A stretch of 64,000 bases of DNA from Chthoniobacterales bacterium (GTDB lineage Bacteria; Verrucomicrobiota; Verrucomicrobiia; Chthoniobacterales; Chthoniobacteraceae). Shown piece after piece: positions 54,845 to 64,000 of the stretch. The translations under genes and the position numbers were made by a program. Position 1 is the stretch's first letter; every line of letters starts with the position of its first letter. The notes under the pieces are model-generated. The model was given only the letters and a program-made list of their open reading frames with translations. It was not told the DNA's origin and did not search any database. Location of the stretch: positions 1 to 64,000 of the forward strand of contig JBBQZX010000004.1 in the NCBI GenBank assembly GCA_038207335.1, in the 5' to 3' direction.

Positions 54845-54996
54845 GCTCGCAAAGTCAGAGTTAAAGTTCAGTAGTTGGTGGATTGCTAGTTGTGTGAGCC
54901 GCGCGGGTAAGTTCCGCGCACTTCCAGTGGCAGTTTGAAATCCGATAACGGAAACAGCCGCAGAAGCTCCACTTTGTTTTAGAAACACAACTCAGT
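54845..54996 (+). promoter_or_regulatory. Structured 5' leader of the RRM gene
   Basis: TTGACA at 54814; AGTTGTGT/ACACAACT pairing enclosing two hairpins. Confidence 0.45.
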
Positions 54997-55368
54997 ATGT
55001 CAGCCAAACTATACGTCGGGAATCTCTCCTTTGACGCAACCGAGATCGAACTTCAGGATCTCTTCTCCGAAGCCGGCACCGTTCAGGAAGCCGCGCTCAT
55101 GCAAGACAAATTCACGGGCAAATCCCGCGGCTTTGCCTTCGTCACCATGTCCACGCCCGAGGAAGCGCAGAAAGCGATCAGCCTCTTCAACGGAAAAACC
55201 ATCCAGGGTCGTCCCCTCACGGTCAATGAAGCGCGTCCGCGCGAAGACCGCACCGGTGGCGGCCCTCGCCGCGACTTCGGCGGCGGTGGTGGTGGCGGCG
55301 GGGGTGGCCGTCGCGACTACGGCGGTGGTGGTGGTGGTGGGGGTGGTGGCCGCGAGCGCCGCTACTAA
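54997..55368 (+). CDS. RRM RNA-binding protein with Gly-rich tail
   Basis: LYVGNL (RNP2), RGFAFVTM (RNP1), VNEARPR. Confidence 0.95.
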   Translation: MSAKLYVGNLSFDATEIELQDLFSEAGTVQEAALMQDKFTGKSRGFAFVTMSTPEEAQKAISLFNGKTIQGRPLTVNEARPREDRTGGGPRRDFGGGGGGGGGGRRDYGGGGGGGGGGRERRY

Positions 55369-55399
55369 GCGCATTTCCGCACTCAATTCAGTTCAACGG

Positions 55400-55432
55400 A
55401 ACGCCCCGACGAAAGTCGGGGCGTTTTCGTTT
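55400..55432 (+). terminator. Intrinsic terminator
   Basis: AACGCCCCGAC-GAAA-GTCGGGGCGTT + T-rich tail. Confidence 0.85.
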
Positions 55433-55506
55433 CCGAAAAGCAACGACACCGCGAGCACGGTGCCGTGAAGGGGAATGCGCCGTCGCTTCCGTCGGGGACT
55501 CAGAGC

Positions 55507-55544
55507 AAAAAAACGCCCTCACCGCATCGCTGCAGGAGGGCGTT
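55507..55544 (-). terminator. Intrinsic terminator
   Basis: CGCCCTC/GAGGGCG stem with A7 tract on the + strand. Confidence 0.7.
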
Positions 55545-55563
55545 GATTTGAAACTTCAGCGCG

Positions 55564-55881
55564 TTACTTCGCCGCTTCGACTTTCGTCAGCGCGATCGTC
55601 TTGTGCCCGTCCTTTTCAGTGATCGTCCCTTCGGCGTTCACCTTCTCGGATTTCTTGCAAATCTCCGAGTGGAAGTCTTTCGCGACCTTGTTGTTGTCGG
55701 CGAGGATCGTTTCGGACTTGCCGCTGGCGTCCGTGATTTTGATGGCCATCTGGCAGGCACTGGCTTCCTTTAGGTCGCATTTGGCGCAGACCGCTTCGCC
55801 GGTGATTTTAGTATCTTCCGCGCTGGCCGAAAGGCTCAGGACTGCGAGAAGTGTGGAACTGAGGAGTGCTAGTTTTTTCAT
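55564..55881 (-). CDS. Small secreted Cys-containing protein (DUF6370-like)
   Basis: Signal peptide, GEAVCAKC..C, FHSEIC. Confidence 0.8.
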   Translation of the reverse strand: MKKLALLSSTLLAVLSLSASAEDTKITGEAVCAKCDLKEASACQMAIKITDASGKSETILADNNKVAKDFHSEICKKSEKVNAEGTITEKDGHKTIALTKVEAAK

Positions 55882-55960
55882 GGGTTTGGTAGTTTGAGCA
55901 GCCGCGCGATTCGCGCAACCGCGGAGTTCTCTTGTGCCCCATTCTTGCGAAAAAGCAAAC

Positions 55961-56188
55961 TCAACGAATCACCGCACCCGGCAAGTCGGCGTCGCCATTG
56001 TCGCCGACGGGCACCGAAACATCCGCCCGCTCATTACCCGCCGGTTGGAGTTGCCTCCCCTCCGCTTCCGCTGACATGACCGCGGCCTGCCTTTCGTAAT
56101 ACGAATCGTCCAATCCGTTGCTGCACGCGGAGATGGCGGAAGTGGCGGCGATGGCGGCGAGTTGCGCGAATCGGAGAGATACATTCAT
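55961..56188 (-). CDS. Small hypothetical lipoprotein
   Basis: Lipobox-like ISAC. Confidence 0.45.
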   Translation of the reverse strand: MNVSLRFAQLAAIAATSAISACSNGLDDSYYERQAAVMSAEAEGRQLQPAGNERADVSVPVGDNGDADLPGAVIR

Positions 56189-56210
56189 TGGTGTTCGGTC
56201 TGTCGGCGTT

Positions 56211-56909
56211 TCACTCTTTAGAGTCATTGTCCGCATCGAGTCCAGAAGACTGAATACCGAACCCCGAAGGCTGGTCACTGCACACTGCCACAGCGCGGAT
56301 TGGCGAGCCGTCGAGCCCCGCTAATTGCAAAGGAAAGCCGATAAACGTGAACTCCCCATCCGGCAGTTCTGCGAGATTCGCGAGCGACTCGACGATCACC
56401 ATCTCGATTTCTGGCGCGAGCAGGATGTGGTGGATTTCAAAGTAGTCCCGCCCCGGCGTTGGCAGGTCCATTCCGATCATGCGCAGCTTCCTCGAAGCAA
56501 GATACCGTGCGGCCTCCTGCGTAATTGATGGGAAATCCGTGAAGTATTTTTCAGTCCCAAATTCCCGCTCCCATCCTGTCGCGACGAGGATGCGCGAGCC
56601 CGGAGTCAGCGCAGCTTCGTGCCGTGCAAAATCTTCCGCCGTGATCTCCTCGCGCGCCGCCTTGGGGAGTCGCAACACACGCGCCGGGCCGCAAAACCAA
56701 TCGAGCGGCATCGCCTCGATCGTACGCCCGCCCTCGACGAAATGGGACATCGCATCGAGATGCGTCCCCTGATGCGACCCCATCGCGATCCTCGACACAT
56801 TGCAGCGATCCGTCGCGATCGTCGCGTGCGGTGAAATTCGCAACACCGGATCGTTTGGAAAACTCGGAAGCCCATCGCGGAGCGAGTGAGTGAGATCAAT
56901 GAAACGCAT
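56211..56909 (-). CDS. Cyclase family (kynurenine formamidase-like) protein
   Basis: HQGTHLDAMSH, HHILL, IVESL, DGSPIRAVA. Confidence 0.9.
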   Translation of the reverse strand: MRFIDLTHSLRDGLPSFPNDPVLRISPHATIATDRCNVSRIAMGSHQGTHLDAMSHFVEGGRTIEAMPLDWFCGPARVLRLPKAAREEITAEDFARHEAALTPGSRILVATGWEREFGTEKYFTDFPSITQEAARYLASRKLRMIGMDLPTPGRDYFEIHHILLAPEIEMVIVESLANLAELPDGEFTFIGFPLQLAGLDGSPIRAVAVCSDQPSGFGIQSSGLDADNDSKE

Positions 56910-56916
56910 GACGCCC

Positions 56917-56945
56917 TGTAGCCGGGATCGTCGATCCCGGCTACA
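56917..56945. repeat. REP-like perfect palindrome (GTAG type)
   Basis: TGTAGCCGGGATC-GTC-GATCCCGGCTACA. Confidence 0.7.
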
Positions 56946-56953
56946 ACCGAGCC

Positions 56954-57724
56954 ATGATTTCCCTCCGCGCTCTCACCAAACGCTTCGGCGCGCAGACCGC
57001 CGTGAACAGCCTTTCGCTGGAAATACCCGCTGGGCAAATCGTCGGCTTTCTCGGGCCGAATGGCGCGGGCAAAACAACCACTTTGAAAATGCTCACTGGC
57101 ATCCTCGCCCCGACCAGCGGCACGGCCGAGATCGCTGGCTACAACTTGATGCGCGAGCCACTGGAGGTGAAGCGTCGCGTCGGATTCGTCCCGGAATCAG
57201 GTGCGGTTTTCGAGGCGCTCAGCGGGCAGGAATACCTCGAAATGGTCGCCGCGCTTTACGGCATCGGAGAGGCGCAGGCGCGCGAGCGGATCGCGCAATT
57301 CATCGCGTTCTTCGACCTCACACCCGAGACACTCACGGACAAGCTGCTCAGCGCATATTCAAAAGGAATGCGCCGCAAAGTCGTCATCATCGCCGCGCTG
57401 TTGCACAATCCGCCCGTCATCTTTTTCGATGAGCCGCTCGACGGGCTCGATGCCAACGCTGCCGTCGGCTTCAAGGCGCTCATCCAGACGCTCGCTGCGG
57501 ATGGCAAGACGGTCGTCTATAGCTCACACATTCTCGACGTCGTCGAACGCGTCTGCGATCGGATCGTCATCATCGACAAAGGCCAGCTCGTTCTCGACGG
57601 CGCGCCAAATGCGCTGCTCGCCGAGCACGGTGACGCAACGCTGGAAGCGCTTTTCACGCGCGTCACCGGCGGGCAGATGCTCGAGGAAAAAGCGGCAGAT
57701 TTCGCCCGCACTTTTCGCCCTTGA
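56954..57724 (+). CDS. ABC-2 type transporter ATPase
   Basis: GPNGAGKTT, YSKGMR, DEPLDGLD. Confidence 0.92.
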   Translation: MISLRALTKRFGAQTAVNSLSLEIPAGQIVGFLGPNGAGKTTTLKMLTGILAPTSGTAEIAGYNLMREPLEVKRRVGFVPESGAVFEALSGQEYLEMVAALYGIGEAQARERIAQFIAFFDLTPETLTDKLLSAYSKGMRRKVVIIAALLHNPPVIFFDEPLDGLDANAAVGFKALIQTLAADGKTVVYSSHILDVVERVCDRIVIIDKGQLVLDGAPNALLAEHGDATLEALFTRVTGGQMLEEKAADFARTFRP

Positions 57725-59355
57725 ACTCTCCCGCCACTCCCGCCGCGCAGTCCCGTGTGCTGCGCCGGCTCTATCTCACGCTCATGTTTCGCGGACGGCG
57801 AAGGCTCGCGGGCAGGAAGGTAAAACTGAGCGACCCGATGCGCTCGTTCATGGGCTCGCTCGCGCTTTTCGCCTGCTTCGGCTGCACCGCGTTTGCGTTC
57901 ATGCGTTTTGGCTCGATGCCATTCGCGGCGTGCATCCACGCCACCACATTTCTCCTCGTCGGGATCAATCTCGCAACGACCAGCAGCACATTGCTTTTCA
58001 GCCCCGAGGAAGCCGACATCCTGCTCCACCGCCCCATCGAGCCGCGCGCTCTTCTTGCCGCCAAACTTCGCGTTCTCTTTTCGGTCAGCCTCGCGCTCGG
58101 GCTGGCGTTCAACGTCGTTCCATTGGTCCTCGGCGTGATTCGCCCCGGGGGCACCTGGCTCTTCCTCGCGGCGCATCTTTTCTCTGTCTCACTGGAAGTG
58201 CTTTTCAGCGCGAGCTTCATCGCCCTCGCGTACAATTTATGCCTCCGATTTTTTGGCCGCGAGCGGCTGGAAAATCTCATCACCGCCGTGCAAGTCACCG
58301 TCGCCATCGGCGCAATGGTCGCTGGTCAGCTCGTGCCGCGGCTCATTGCCGCGCTCGATGAAAAAGCGCTCGCTCACGCTCCCGCATGGCTGCTCGCACT
58401 TCCGCCTGCTTGGTTCGCCGCGCTCGACCATTTGCTCACCGGGGGCGCACCCACCGCCGGGATGCTGCGCCTCGCATCCGCGGCGATCTTCATCACCGCC
58501 ATCGTCACCTGGCTCGGCGTTTCGCGGCTTGCGGGCAGCTACGGAGAGGGCCTCGTCATGCTCAACGAAGCCGGAGCAAGTGCCGTGCGTCGCGGCTCCG
58601 ATCGCGCGCGGTATTCCTCATTTCTGCTCCGCCTTCCGCTCGTCGGATTCTGGCTGCGCGACCCCGTCGAGCGCGCCGCATTTCGCCTCGCGCTCGCCCA
58701 ACTCGGCCGTGCACGCAGCGTGAAATTGCGGGTCTATCCGATGCTCGCGCAATTTCTCGTCATGCCGCTCGTCATGTTTTTCGGAGTGACGCGCGGGGGG
58801 CCATTCGACTTGAAGCCCTTCCTGCTCGCATTCGCCGGCGCTTTCCTCGCCGTCATCCCAGCGATGGTCCTCGAGCCGCTTCGCATGTCGGAAGATTGGC
58901 TCGCCGCCGATCTGTTTCGACAAGCGCCGCTCGCGCGCATCTCCGCCCTTTTTCAAGGCACGCGAAAGGCAGTCGTCATCGCGCTCTGCCTACCGGGCCT
59001 GATCCTCGTGCTCGGCGTTGCGCTCGTCGCACTCTCGCAGCACACACAGCTCTTCCTCCTGCTGCCGGGGCTCCTGCTGCTCCCAGTTTTCAGCCTCGCC
59101 CCGGGACTCGGGCGGCCATTCGTCCCATTCGCGCGTCCCACCGAGCCACAGGCGCAAAATCTCAGCGGCTGCCTCTTCCTTTTCCTCAGCATGATGTCCG
59201 CCATCTCCATCGCCGGCATCGCCGCCTGGGCATGGATCACTGGTTGGTTTCACTGGCTCCTTTTGGGTGAAATCTTCGCTGCCCTCGCAGTCGCGCACCT
59301 CCTCCGAAACAGGCTCGCCAACACCGCGCTTCCTGAATCTGGCGAAAGTGCCTGA
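57721..59355 (+). CDS. ABC transporter permease
   Basis: Multi-TM protein overlapping the ATPase stop. Confidence 0.8.
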   Translation: MNSPATPAAQSRVLRRLYLTLMFRGRRRLAGRKVKLSDPMRSFMGSLALFACFGCTAFAFMRFGSMPFAACIHATTFLLVGINLATTSSTLLFSPEEADILLHRPIEPRALLAAKLRVLFSVSLALGLAFNVVPLVLGVIRPGGTWLFLAAHLFSVSLEVLFSASFIALAYNLCLRFFGRERLENLITAVQVTVAIGAMVAGQLVPRLIAALDEKALAHAPAWLLALPPAWFAALDHLLTGGAPTAGMLRLASAAIFITAIVTWLGVSRLAGSYGEGLVMLNEAGASAVRRGSDRARYSSFLLRLPLVGFWLRDPVERAAFRLALAQLGRARSVKLRVYPMLAQFLVMPLVMFFGVTRGGPFDLKPFLLAFAGAFLAVIPAMVLEPLRMSEDWLAADLFRQAPLARISALFQGTRKAVVIALCLPGLILVLGVALVALSQHTQLFLLLPGLLLLPVFSLAPGLGRPFVPFARPTEPQAQNLSGCLFLFLSMMSAISIAGIAAWAWITGWFHWLLLGEIFAALAVAHLLRNRLANTALPESGESA

Positions 59356-59439
59356 AGCTCTCATCACCCGTTGTGGTTGACGCTGGCGGGTACAGCGAAA
59401 GGTCGCCCTCTTCTGCATCAGCCCCCGATCCCCTCCGCT

Positions 59440-60318
59440 TCAGCCCGCGAACGCCGCGAAAACGCGGTGTCGTCCGGGGAAGCCCTTCAACTCGTGATCT
59501 CCGGGGATGGGTGCCGCGGGCACCACACCCTCCAGCAGCCTCGCCACTGGCTCCGTGAGACACATCGGAATCCCGAACCCGCCGGCCAGCTTCTCCACGC
59601 GGAAAGTCCGGTTCACTTCCGGCCCCATCAGGCTCTCCTCGCCACTGTTCGCGTTGCCACCGATCGCCACCGGCCCGCAGTTCACCACGACCCGAAACTC
59701 CACATTCCCCGTTGCTTGCACCTCGCGCAACGCGGTGAGCACCGCAGCCACGCGCGCGCTCGTTCCCGCCCCGTCGCGCCAAAAGGCCAGGAAGCCGTCG
59801 CCGAGATATTTGTTCATCGTCCCGCCATTCTGCTCGATGACCTCCTTGCACCCGCGCACCCAGCCGCCGACCAGCTCCGCGAGTTGCTCCGGCGCGAGCC
59901 GCTGCGAGAGCGCGGTGAAATTCACGAGATCGGCGATCAGCAGCCAGCAGCGCTCATTGCGAATGTCCACCATCGTCGCCCCGCCATTGCTCGTCTCCAT
60001 GTCCCCCGTCACCCGCGCTTCGCTTTGCCGGAAAGTGAAGAGCGCCTCGCAGATCGCGATCTGGTCGCCATCGTGCAGCTTCACCGGCTGAGCCACCCGC
60101 CGGCCATTGCGCAGCGTGCCGTTGCTGCTCCCGAGATCGATCAGCCAAAATTCATCGCCCTCCTGCGCATGGATCACCGCATGGCGCCGCGACACCCGGG
60201 ACTCCTGGATGCAGACCGTATTTTCCGAGGAGCGTCCGAACGAGCAATTGCCCCGCAGCGCCGTCCGCGCGCCCGCCGCGTCTTCAAGCCACGCCTCATT
60301 GAGATCGGGGGGAATCAT
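59440..60318 (-). CDS. FHA domain + class III nucleotide cyclase
   Basis: GRS..VSRRHA..DLGSSNGT; IADLVNFT, KYLGDG, GPEVNRTFR. Confidence 0.9.
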   Translation of the reverse strand: MIPPDLNEAWLEDAAGARTALRGNCSFGRSSENTVCIQESRVSRRHAVIHAQEGDEFWLIDLGSSNGTLRNGRRVAQPVKLHDGDQIAICEALFTFRQSEARVTGDMETSNGGATMVDIRNERCWLLIADLVNFTALSQRLAPEQLAELVGGWVRGCKEVIEQNGGTMNKYLGDGFLAFWRDGAGTSARVAAVLTALREVQATGNVEFRVVVNCGPVAIGGNANSGEESLMGPEVNRTFRVEKLAGGFGIPMCLTEPVARLLEGVVPAAPIPGDHELKGFPGRHRVFAAFAG

Positions 60319-60369
60319 CGACCGTTCACTAGTGCAAATCTTGCGCCCAAAGCGAGCATTCCGTGCGCT

Positions 60370-61743
60370 TCAGCCGACGCTCACGGCAAACCTGGCCGCA
60401 CCGATCTCCAGCGTCTGCCCGCTCGTCAGCGGCGCGATGCAACCAGACTCCAGCACCCCCTCATCGAGGCGAACTGCCGTGGAAGTGAGGCGCAGATTCG
60501 CCAGCCAGAAGCAGCCGTGCCTGTAGAGAAAAGCCAACGGCCCGAGCTGCTCTTCCCGGCTCCAGACCAGCTCGCCCGAGGGTGTCACCTCGCAGCAGAT
60601 TTCCGAGAAAAGCCACACGGCGTTTAGCAGCACCGGCTGACCATCCAGCGGCTCGAAGATCACGGCACCGTGTTCGGCGTGCAGCGGCGCGGCGTCCGAC
60701 GGAGCGCCGCCCCAGTCCGCGAGATTGGCGATCCGCGCATCACTCAGCCGCCGACCGGGCAGCGGGACCACCTGCAGACGATACCCCGCACCCGCAGCGC
60801 CGAACGTCAGCACCCCGGTGCCGGTCAGTGCCATCGGCTGCGTGGGGTCGAGTGCCGCATCGTTGAATGTGGAGCCGTTCGTGCTCGGCTTCTCGCCGTC
60901 CCCGTCGCGCAGCGCCAGGCCCGCAGCCGTCGCTTCTGCACACGCATGGACGCGGCTGAGCTGCTTGCTGCTTTCCGAGTCCTGCTGGCCCGCCACACCT
61001 GCACGGACGGGAAAATCCGACTGACTACGCGAGCGCCCGAGACGAAACTGCGCGCGCGCCACCAGCCGGACGGGAGGATGCGTCGAAAGATCACCCGGCT
61101 CGAGCCGCAGCACATCGCCCGGCTGCGCGCGGTCCAGCAGCCACCGCGGGATGCGCAGCTCGCGACCCGGGACCCCGCCGCCCCTTCGTCCCCGCTCGGC
61201 GATCTGCCCCGCCATCGCACCCTCCCAGGCCCGCCAGAAGCCCCGGCAATCCGCGAACCCGCCGCGCACCGCCCGCGCCACCACATCGTTGCCCGCTTCG
61301 TTCAGCGCGGCCACGGGCGATATCGCATGGCCCGCCACCGCACGCCGATGCCCGCCGATCAATTCATAAACGAGCATCGCCAGCCGCGCCGGCGCGCTCC
61401 CATGCGTCGCGCCCGCGAAATCCATGATCGTGCTGACGCCGACCGTCTCGGTCCCACCCGCATCTTCTCGCCAACGGAGGCAAAACTCCGGCCACTCGTG
61501 AATGCTTCGCGCCACCCAATCCCCCCCCGTCGGCGTGGACCCCGCCCTGCCCTCCAGCCATGCCACCTCCAGCGCAGACACCAGCGGCGAGTCATGCGCA
61601 TCCGCCTCCGCATCCAGCAGCGCGGGCAGCTTCGCGCAAAGTCGCGCCACCTCATCGACAGGCACCGCCCTCCGACGTCGGAGCACGTCAGTCAGCGCCA
61701 GCGCGGGGTTACGGTTCGAGTCGGAGTTCAAAGTGGCAGGCAC
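60370..61743 (-). CDS. FHA-domain protein with degenerate kinase-like N-terminus
   Basis: LGRSR..LSRVHA..STNGS; LAMLVYELIGG. Confidence 0.65.
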   Translation of the reverse strand: MPATLNSDSNRNPALALTDVLRRRRAVPVDEVARLCAKLPALLDAEADAHDSPLVSALEVAWLEGRAGSTPTGGDWVARSIHEWPEFCLRWREDAGGTETVGVSTIMDFAGATHGSAPARLAMLVYELIGGHRRAVAGHAISPVAALNEAGNDVVARAVRGGFADCRGFWRAWEGAMAGQIAERGRRGGGVPGRELRIPRWLLDRAQPGDVLRLEPGDLSTHPPVRLVARAQFRLGRSRSQSDFPVRAGVAGQQDSESSKQLSRVHACAEATAAGLALRDGDGEKPSTNGSTFNDAALDPTQPMALTGTGVLTFGAAGAGYRLQVVPLPGRRLSDARIANLADWGGAPSDAAPLHAEHGAVIFEPLDGQPVLLNAVWLFSEICCEVTPSGELVWSREEQLGPLAFLYRHGCFWLANLRLTSTAVRLDEGVLESGCIAPLTSGQTLEIGAARFAVSVG

Positions 61744-61834
61744 TCGACGTCTTCGGCAGCTCCGTGGCGATGCGGAAGCAGCACCGGTGGTTGGCCCGCA
61801 GTTCCCGCGTTCTCCGCCGCACGCATCCTTCCCG

Positions 61835-62486
61835 CTACGGTACTGGCGGCACCGGCGGCACCGGCGGTGCGGGAGGCGGGGGCGGCGGATTGTAAGTCGT
61901 CGGCACCGTGCCGCGGATCATGTCGCCCTCGGCCGTCCCGGCGGGATAGACTCGCGTCGCCGCCGCATACCACGCCTCATTGCGATCCTCCATGACCAGC
62001 GCCATCTGCGCGAGCTTCTCCGCCTCCTCGCGCCACGCCCGCGCGGTGGTCGCTGTAGGCTTTTTGCAAAGACTCCACGCAGGTCAGGCGCAGGGCTTTG
62101 AAATCGGCCAGCGTATTGGCCGGCAGCGGAGCCCACCCGGGCGCGACTTTTTCCCAGGCGGATTCCCAGGCCAGCGCCTCCGCCAGCGTCTCGCTGCGGC
62201 TGGTGCCGCGCGCGCTGAGCAAGCGCAGATTTTGAAGCTTCGCCGGGTCGTCGCGAAATTTGGCCTTCGCCATGCCCACGCCTTGCATGGTGCGGCGGTG
62301 CAGCACGTCGAGCTGGGTATCCCATTCGCCCCGCGCCGCCAGCATCGCGGCCTCAGCATCGGCCGCCAGCTCGCCCTGCATGGCATTGAGGTCCATTTCG
62401 TCCCACACCCACACATCCCCGAAAGCGGTGGCCGCGGCGATGGTTTTGACTCGGCGGTCTTTGATGAAGTCGATGCTTTGGCCCAT
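61835..62486 (-). pseudogene. Helical hypothetical protein with Pro-rich tail, +1 frameshift at ~62039
   Basis: Frame continues WREEAEKLAQ..AWYAAATRVYPAGTAEG..PPVPPVP* after an extra G. Confidence 0.65.
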
Positions 62487-62679
62487 GGGGAGTGTGTTTG
62501 GAGGTGGGGAAGTGGCGCTACTGGGGGCCGATGAAAGGCCCCCTGCCGTCCGCCTGTCAAGTCCACGGCGCTGGTAGCGGCTCAGTTTGTTAAAAATTGC
62601 AGGGCGGGTGCTCCGCCTACCCGTGGCAACCCGAGCGGTCGCCCTCCAATTCGCCGCGCTGTCTGAGCCACGACGCGAG

Positions 62680-62880
62680 TCCCGCCCCTCCTACGCCTCG
62701 CCCCGGCTCTCCTACGTATCGACCCAGCCCTCCTACGCCTCCTCCCGGCCCGCCTACGCCGTAGGAAGGCTAGGTCGATACGTAGGAGACAAAAGCGCCT
62801 GTGTAGGAGACTCAGGAGGAGACCACAGAGAGCCAGGTCGAGACCTAGGAAGCCCCCGCGCTGGCGTAGGGGTCGCGCGC
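62680..62880. repeat. 21-bp periodic repeat containing a 30-bp inverted repeat
   Basis: CCTACG at 62690/711/732/753; GTAGGA-like at 62761/782/803/845/866. Confidence 0.8.
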
Positions 62881-62916
62881 CGACCCGTCAGCCAGCCACG
62901 CGCCTGCCGCCCGCCC

Positions 62917-64000
62917 CTATTTCCCGGTGCCCGCCGCCTGCTGGGCGTCGTATTCTTTCCAGACCTCCGCCACAGGGCGGTAGGGACCCGCGTCATAGGC
63001 GATGTATTTCAGCGACGGATGGGCGCGCAAGGGTTCGAGAAGCTTGCCGAGTTTTGAGATGCGGAGACGTTCCAGCGTGGGAAGTTCGAGGAGAGCGTCG
63101 AGGTCTTTGAGATGTTTATTCTGATCGATCGAAAGCTCTTCGATTGGTGCCCCACGCAGAGGCGAAAGATCGGTCACATTGTTGTCCGTAACGCGGAGTT
63201 TCTTCAGCGGTTTTCCCTTCAGCGCCGAAAGATCGCTGATCGCATTGTGCTCAACGAACAACTCTTCGACGGGCGCGCCAGCGAGGAAATTGAGATTACT
63301 GGTCGCATTCCAGCTCATCGTCACCGCCCTTAAGGGCGCGCCCAGTAGCGGTGAAAAATCGACGAGTCGTTGCCCGGAACATTCCAGCCTTTCCAAGGGT
63401 GCTCCGCGCAAGGGCGTCAAATCAGTGACTCTCGTTGAATCAATCCCGATGAACCGCAATGGCATTCCGCGAATGGGCGACAGGTCGGCTACTTTCGTTT
63501 GCCGGATCATGAGGAAAACGAGCCGCATATCGCGCAGCGGCTCGATGGTCGTGATGTTCGTTTCGCTAGTGTCGAGTTCGTCGATCGGTAGCCCACGCAG
63601 AGGTTCGAGCGTATCGATGGGAAGTTTATAAATCTGCAGGCGCAGCAAGCCAAGATTGGTAATAACAATCGTCCCTTTCTCTTTTCCGAGCCATTCGTCC
63701 AGTCTCTTGCGCACGAGTTTTTCTTTGTCTTTGGCGCTGAGCTTTAGCTTGTCGGCGAGAGCAGCGATTTCGCCAGAAGCTTCTACTTTCCCAAGATGAT
63801 GGAGCAACTGCTGCGAGCTCTCTGCGGGCCAGACGTCTATTGCGGGTTGAGCGGCAAGTTTTTCGAGGGTTGGCAATATGTCTGCCAGCTCGGCATGGGC
63901 CGGGTCGTTCTGCTGCGCGAGGCAGGTCGCTGTGGCGGCCTCGGCGAGACGATTCATGCCGATGAAGAGCCAGGCACGGCGCCAATAGCTGGGGAGGTGC
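62917..64000 (-). CDS. C-terminal leucine-rich-repeat region of a large protein (start outside window)
   Basis: Repeated DLSPLRGxPL units. Confidence 0.85.
   Translation of the reverse strand, partial: HLPSYWRRAWLFIGMNRLAEAATATCLAQQNDPAHAELADILPTLEKLAAQPAIDVWPAESSQQLLHHLGKVEASGEIAALADKLKLSAKDKEKLVRKRLDEWLGKEKGTIVITNLGLLRLQIYKLPIDTLEPLRGLPIDELDTSETNITTIEPLRDMRLVFLMIRQTKVADLSPIRGMPLRFIGIDSTRVTDLTPLRGAPLERLECSGQRLVDFSPLLGAPLRAVTMSWNATSNLNFLAGAPVEELFVEHNAISDLSALKGKPLKKLRVTDNNVTDLSPLRGAPIEELSIDQNKHLKDLDALLELPTLERLRISKLGKLLEPLRAHPSLKYIAYDAGPYRPVAEVWKEYDAQQAAGTGK

Noticed and set aside
55255..55350. GGT/GGC tandem repeats
   Set aside because: They simply encode the Gly-rich tail of the RRM protein.
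62680..62880. CRISPR array
   Set aside because: No identical 23-47 bp repeats with unique spacers, and no cas genes.

Overview
High-GC bacterial DNA, most likely Verrucomicrobia (Chthoniobacterales-like), judging by the DUF1501/PSD1 and DUF1592 proteins, LExRIAPA-type secreted proteins, type II glutamine synthetase and a TGTTC-N4-GAACA SOS box. The first ~20 kb is a decayed integration hotspot. It holds a displaced 3' half of tRNA-Thr(CGT) (att-like site), an atypical initiator-like tRNA-Met, and remnants resembling an integrase, dnaE2 and an IS-like gene. Two sets of repeated degenerate gene 3' ends (DUF72 x2, an unknown gene x3) separate intact cargo genes: PPi-dependent PEP carboxykinase, an ECF sigma/Ser-Thr kinase pair sharing a promoter motif, and a dienelactone hydrolase. 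The remainder is mostly core-like: chrA, an SOS-boxed radical SAM/DUF4130-UdgX pair, nagBA, lysC, lpxB/lpxI, a TolC/multicopper oxidase operon preceded by a candidate HGPP/HAPP arrest leader peptide, glnII with a sigma54 promoter, mlaEFD, folD, an RRM protein with a structured leader, and FHA/cyclase/LRR signalling genes next to a 21-bp periodic palindromic repeat. No CRISPR array or rRNA was seen. All family assignments come from motif recognition; no database searches were run.
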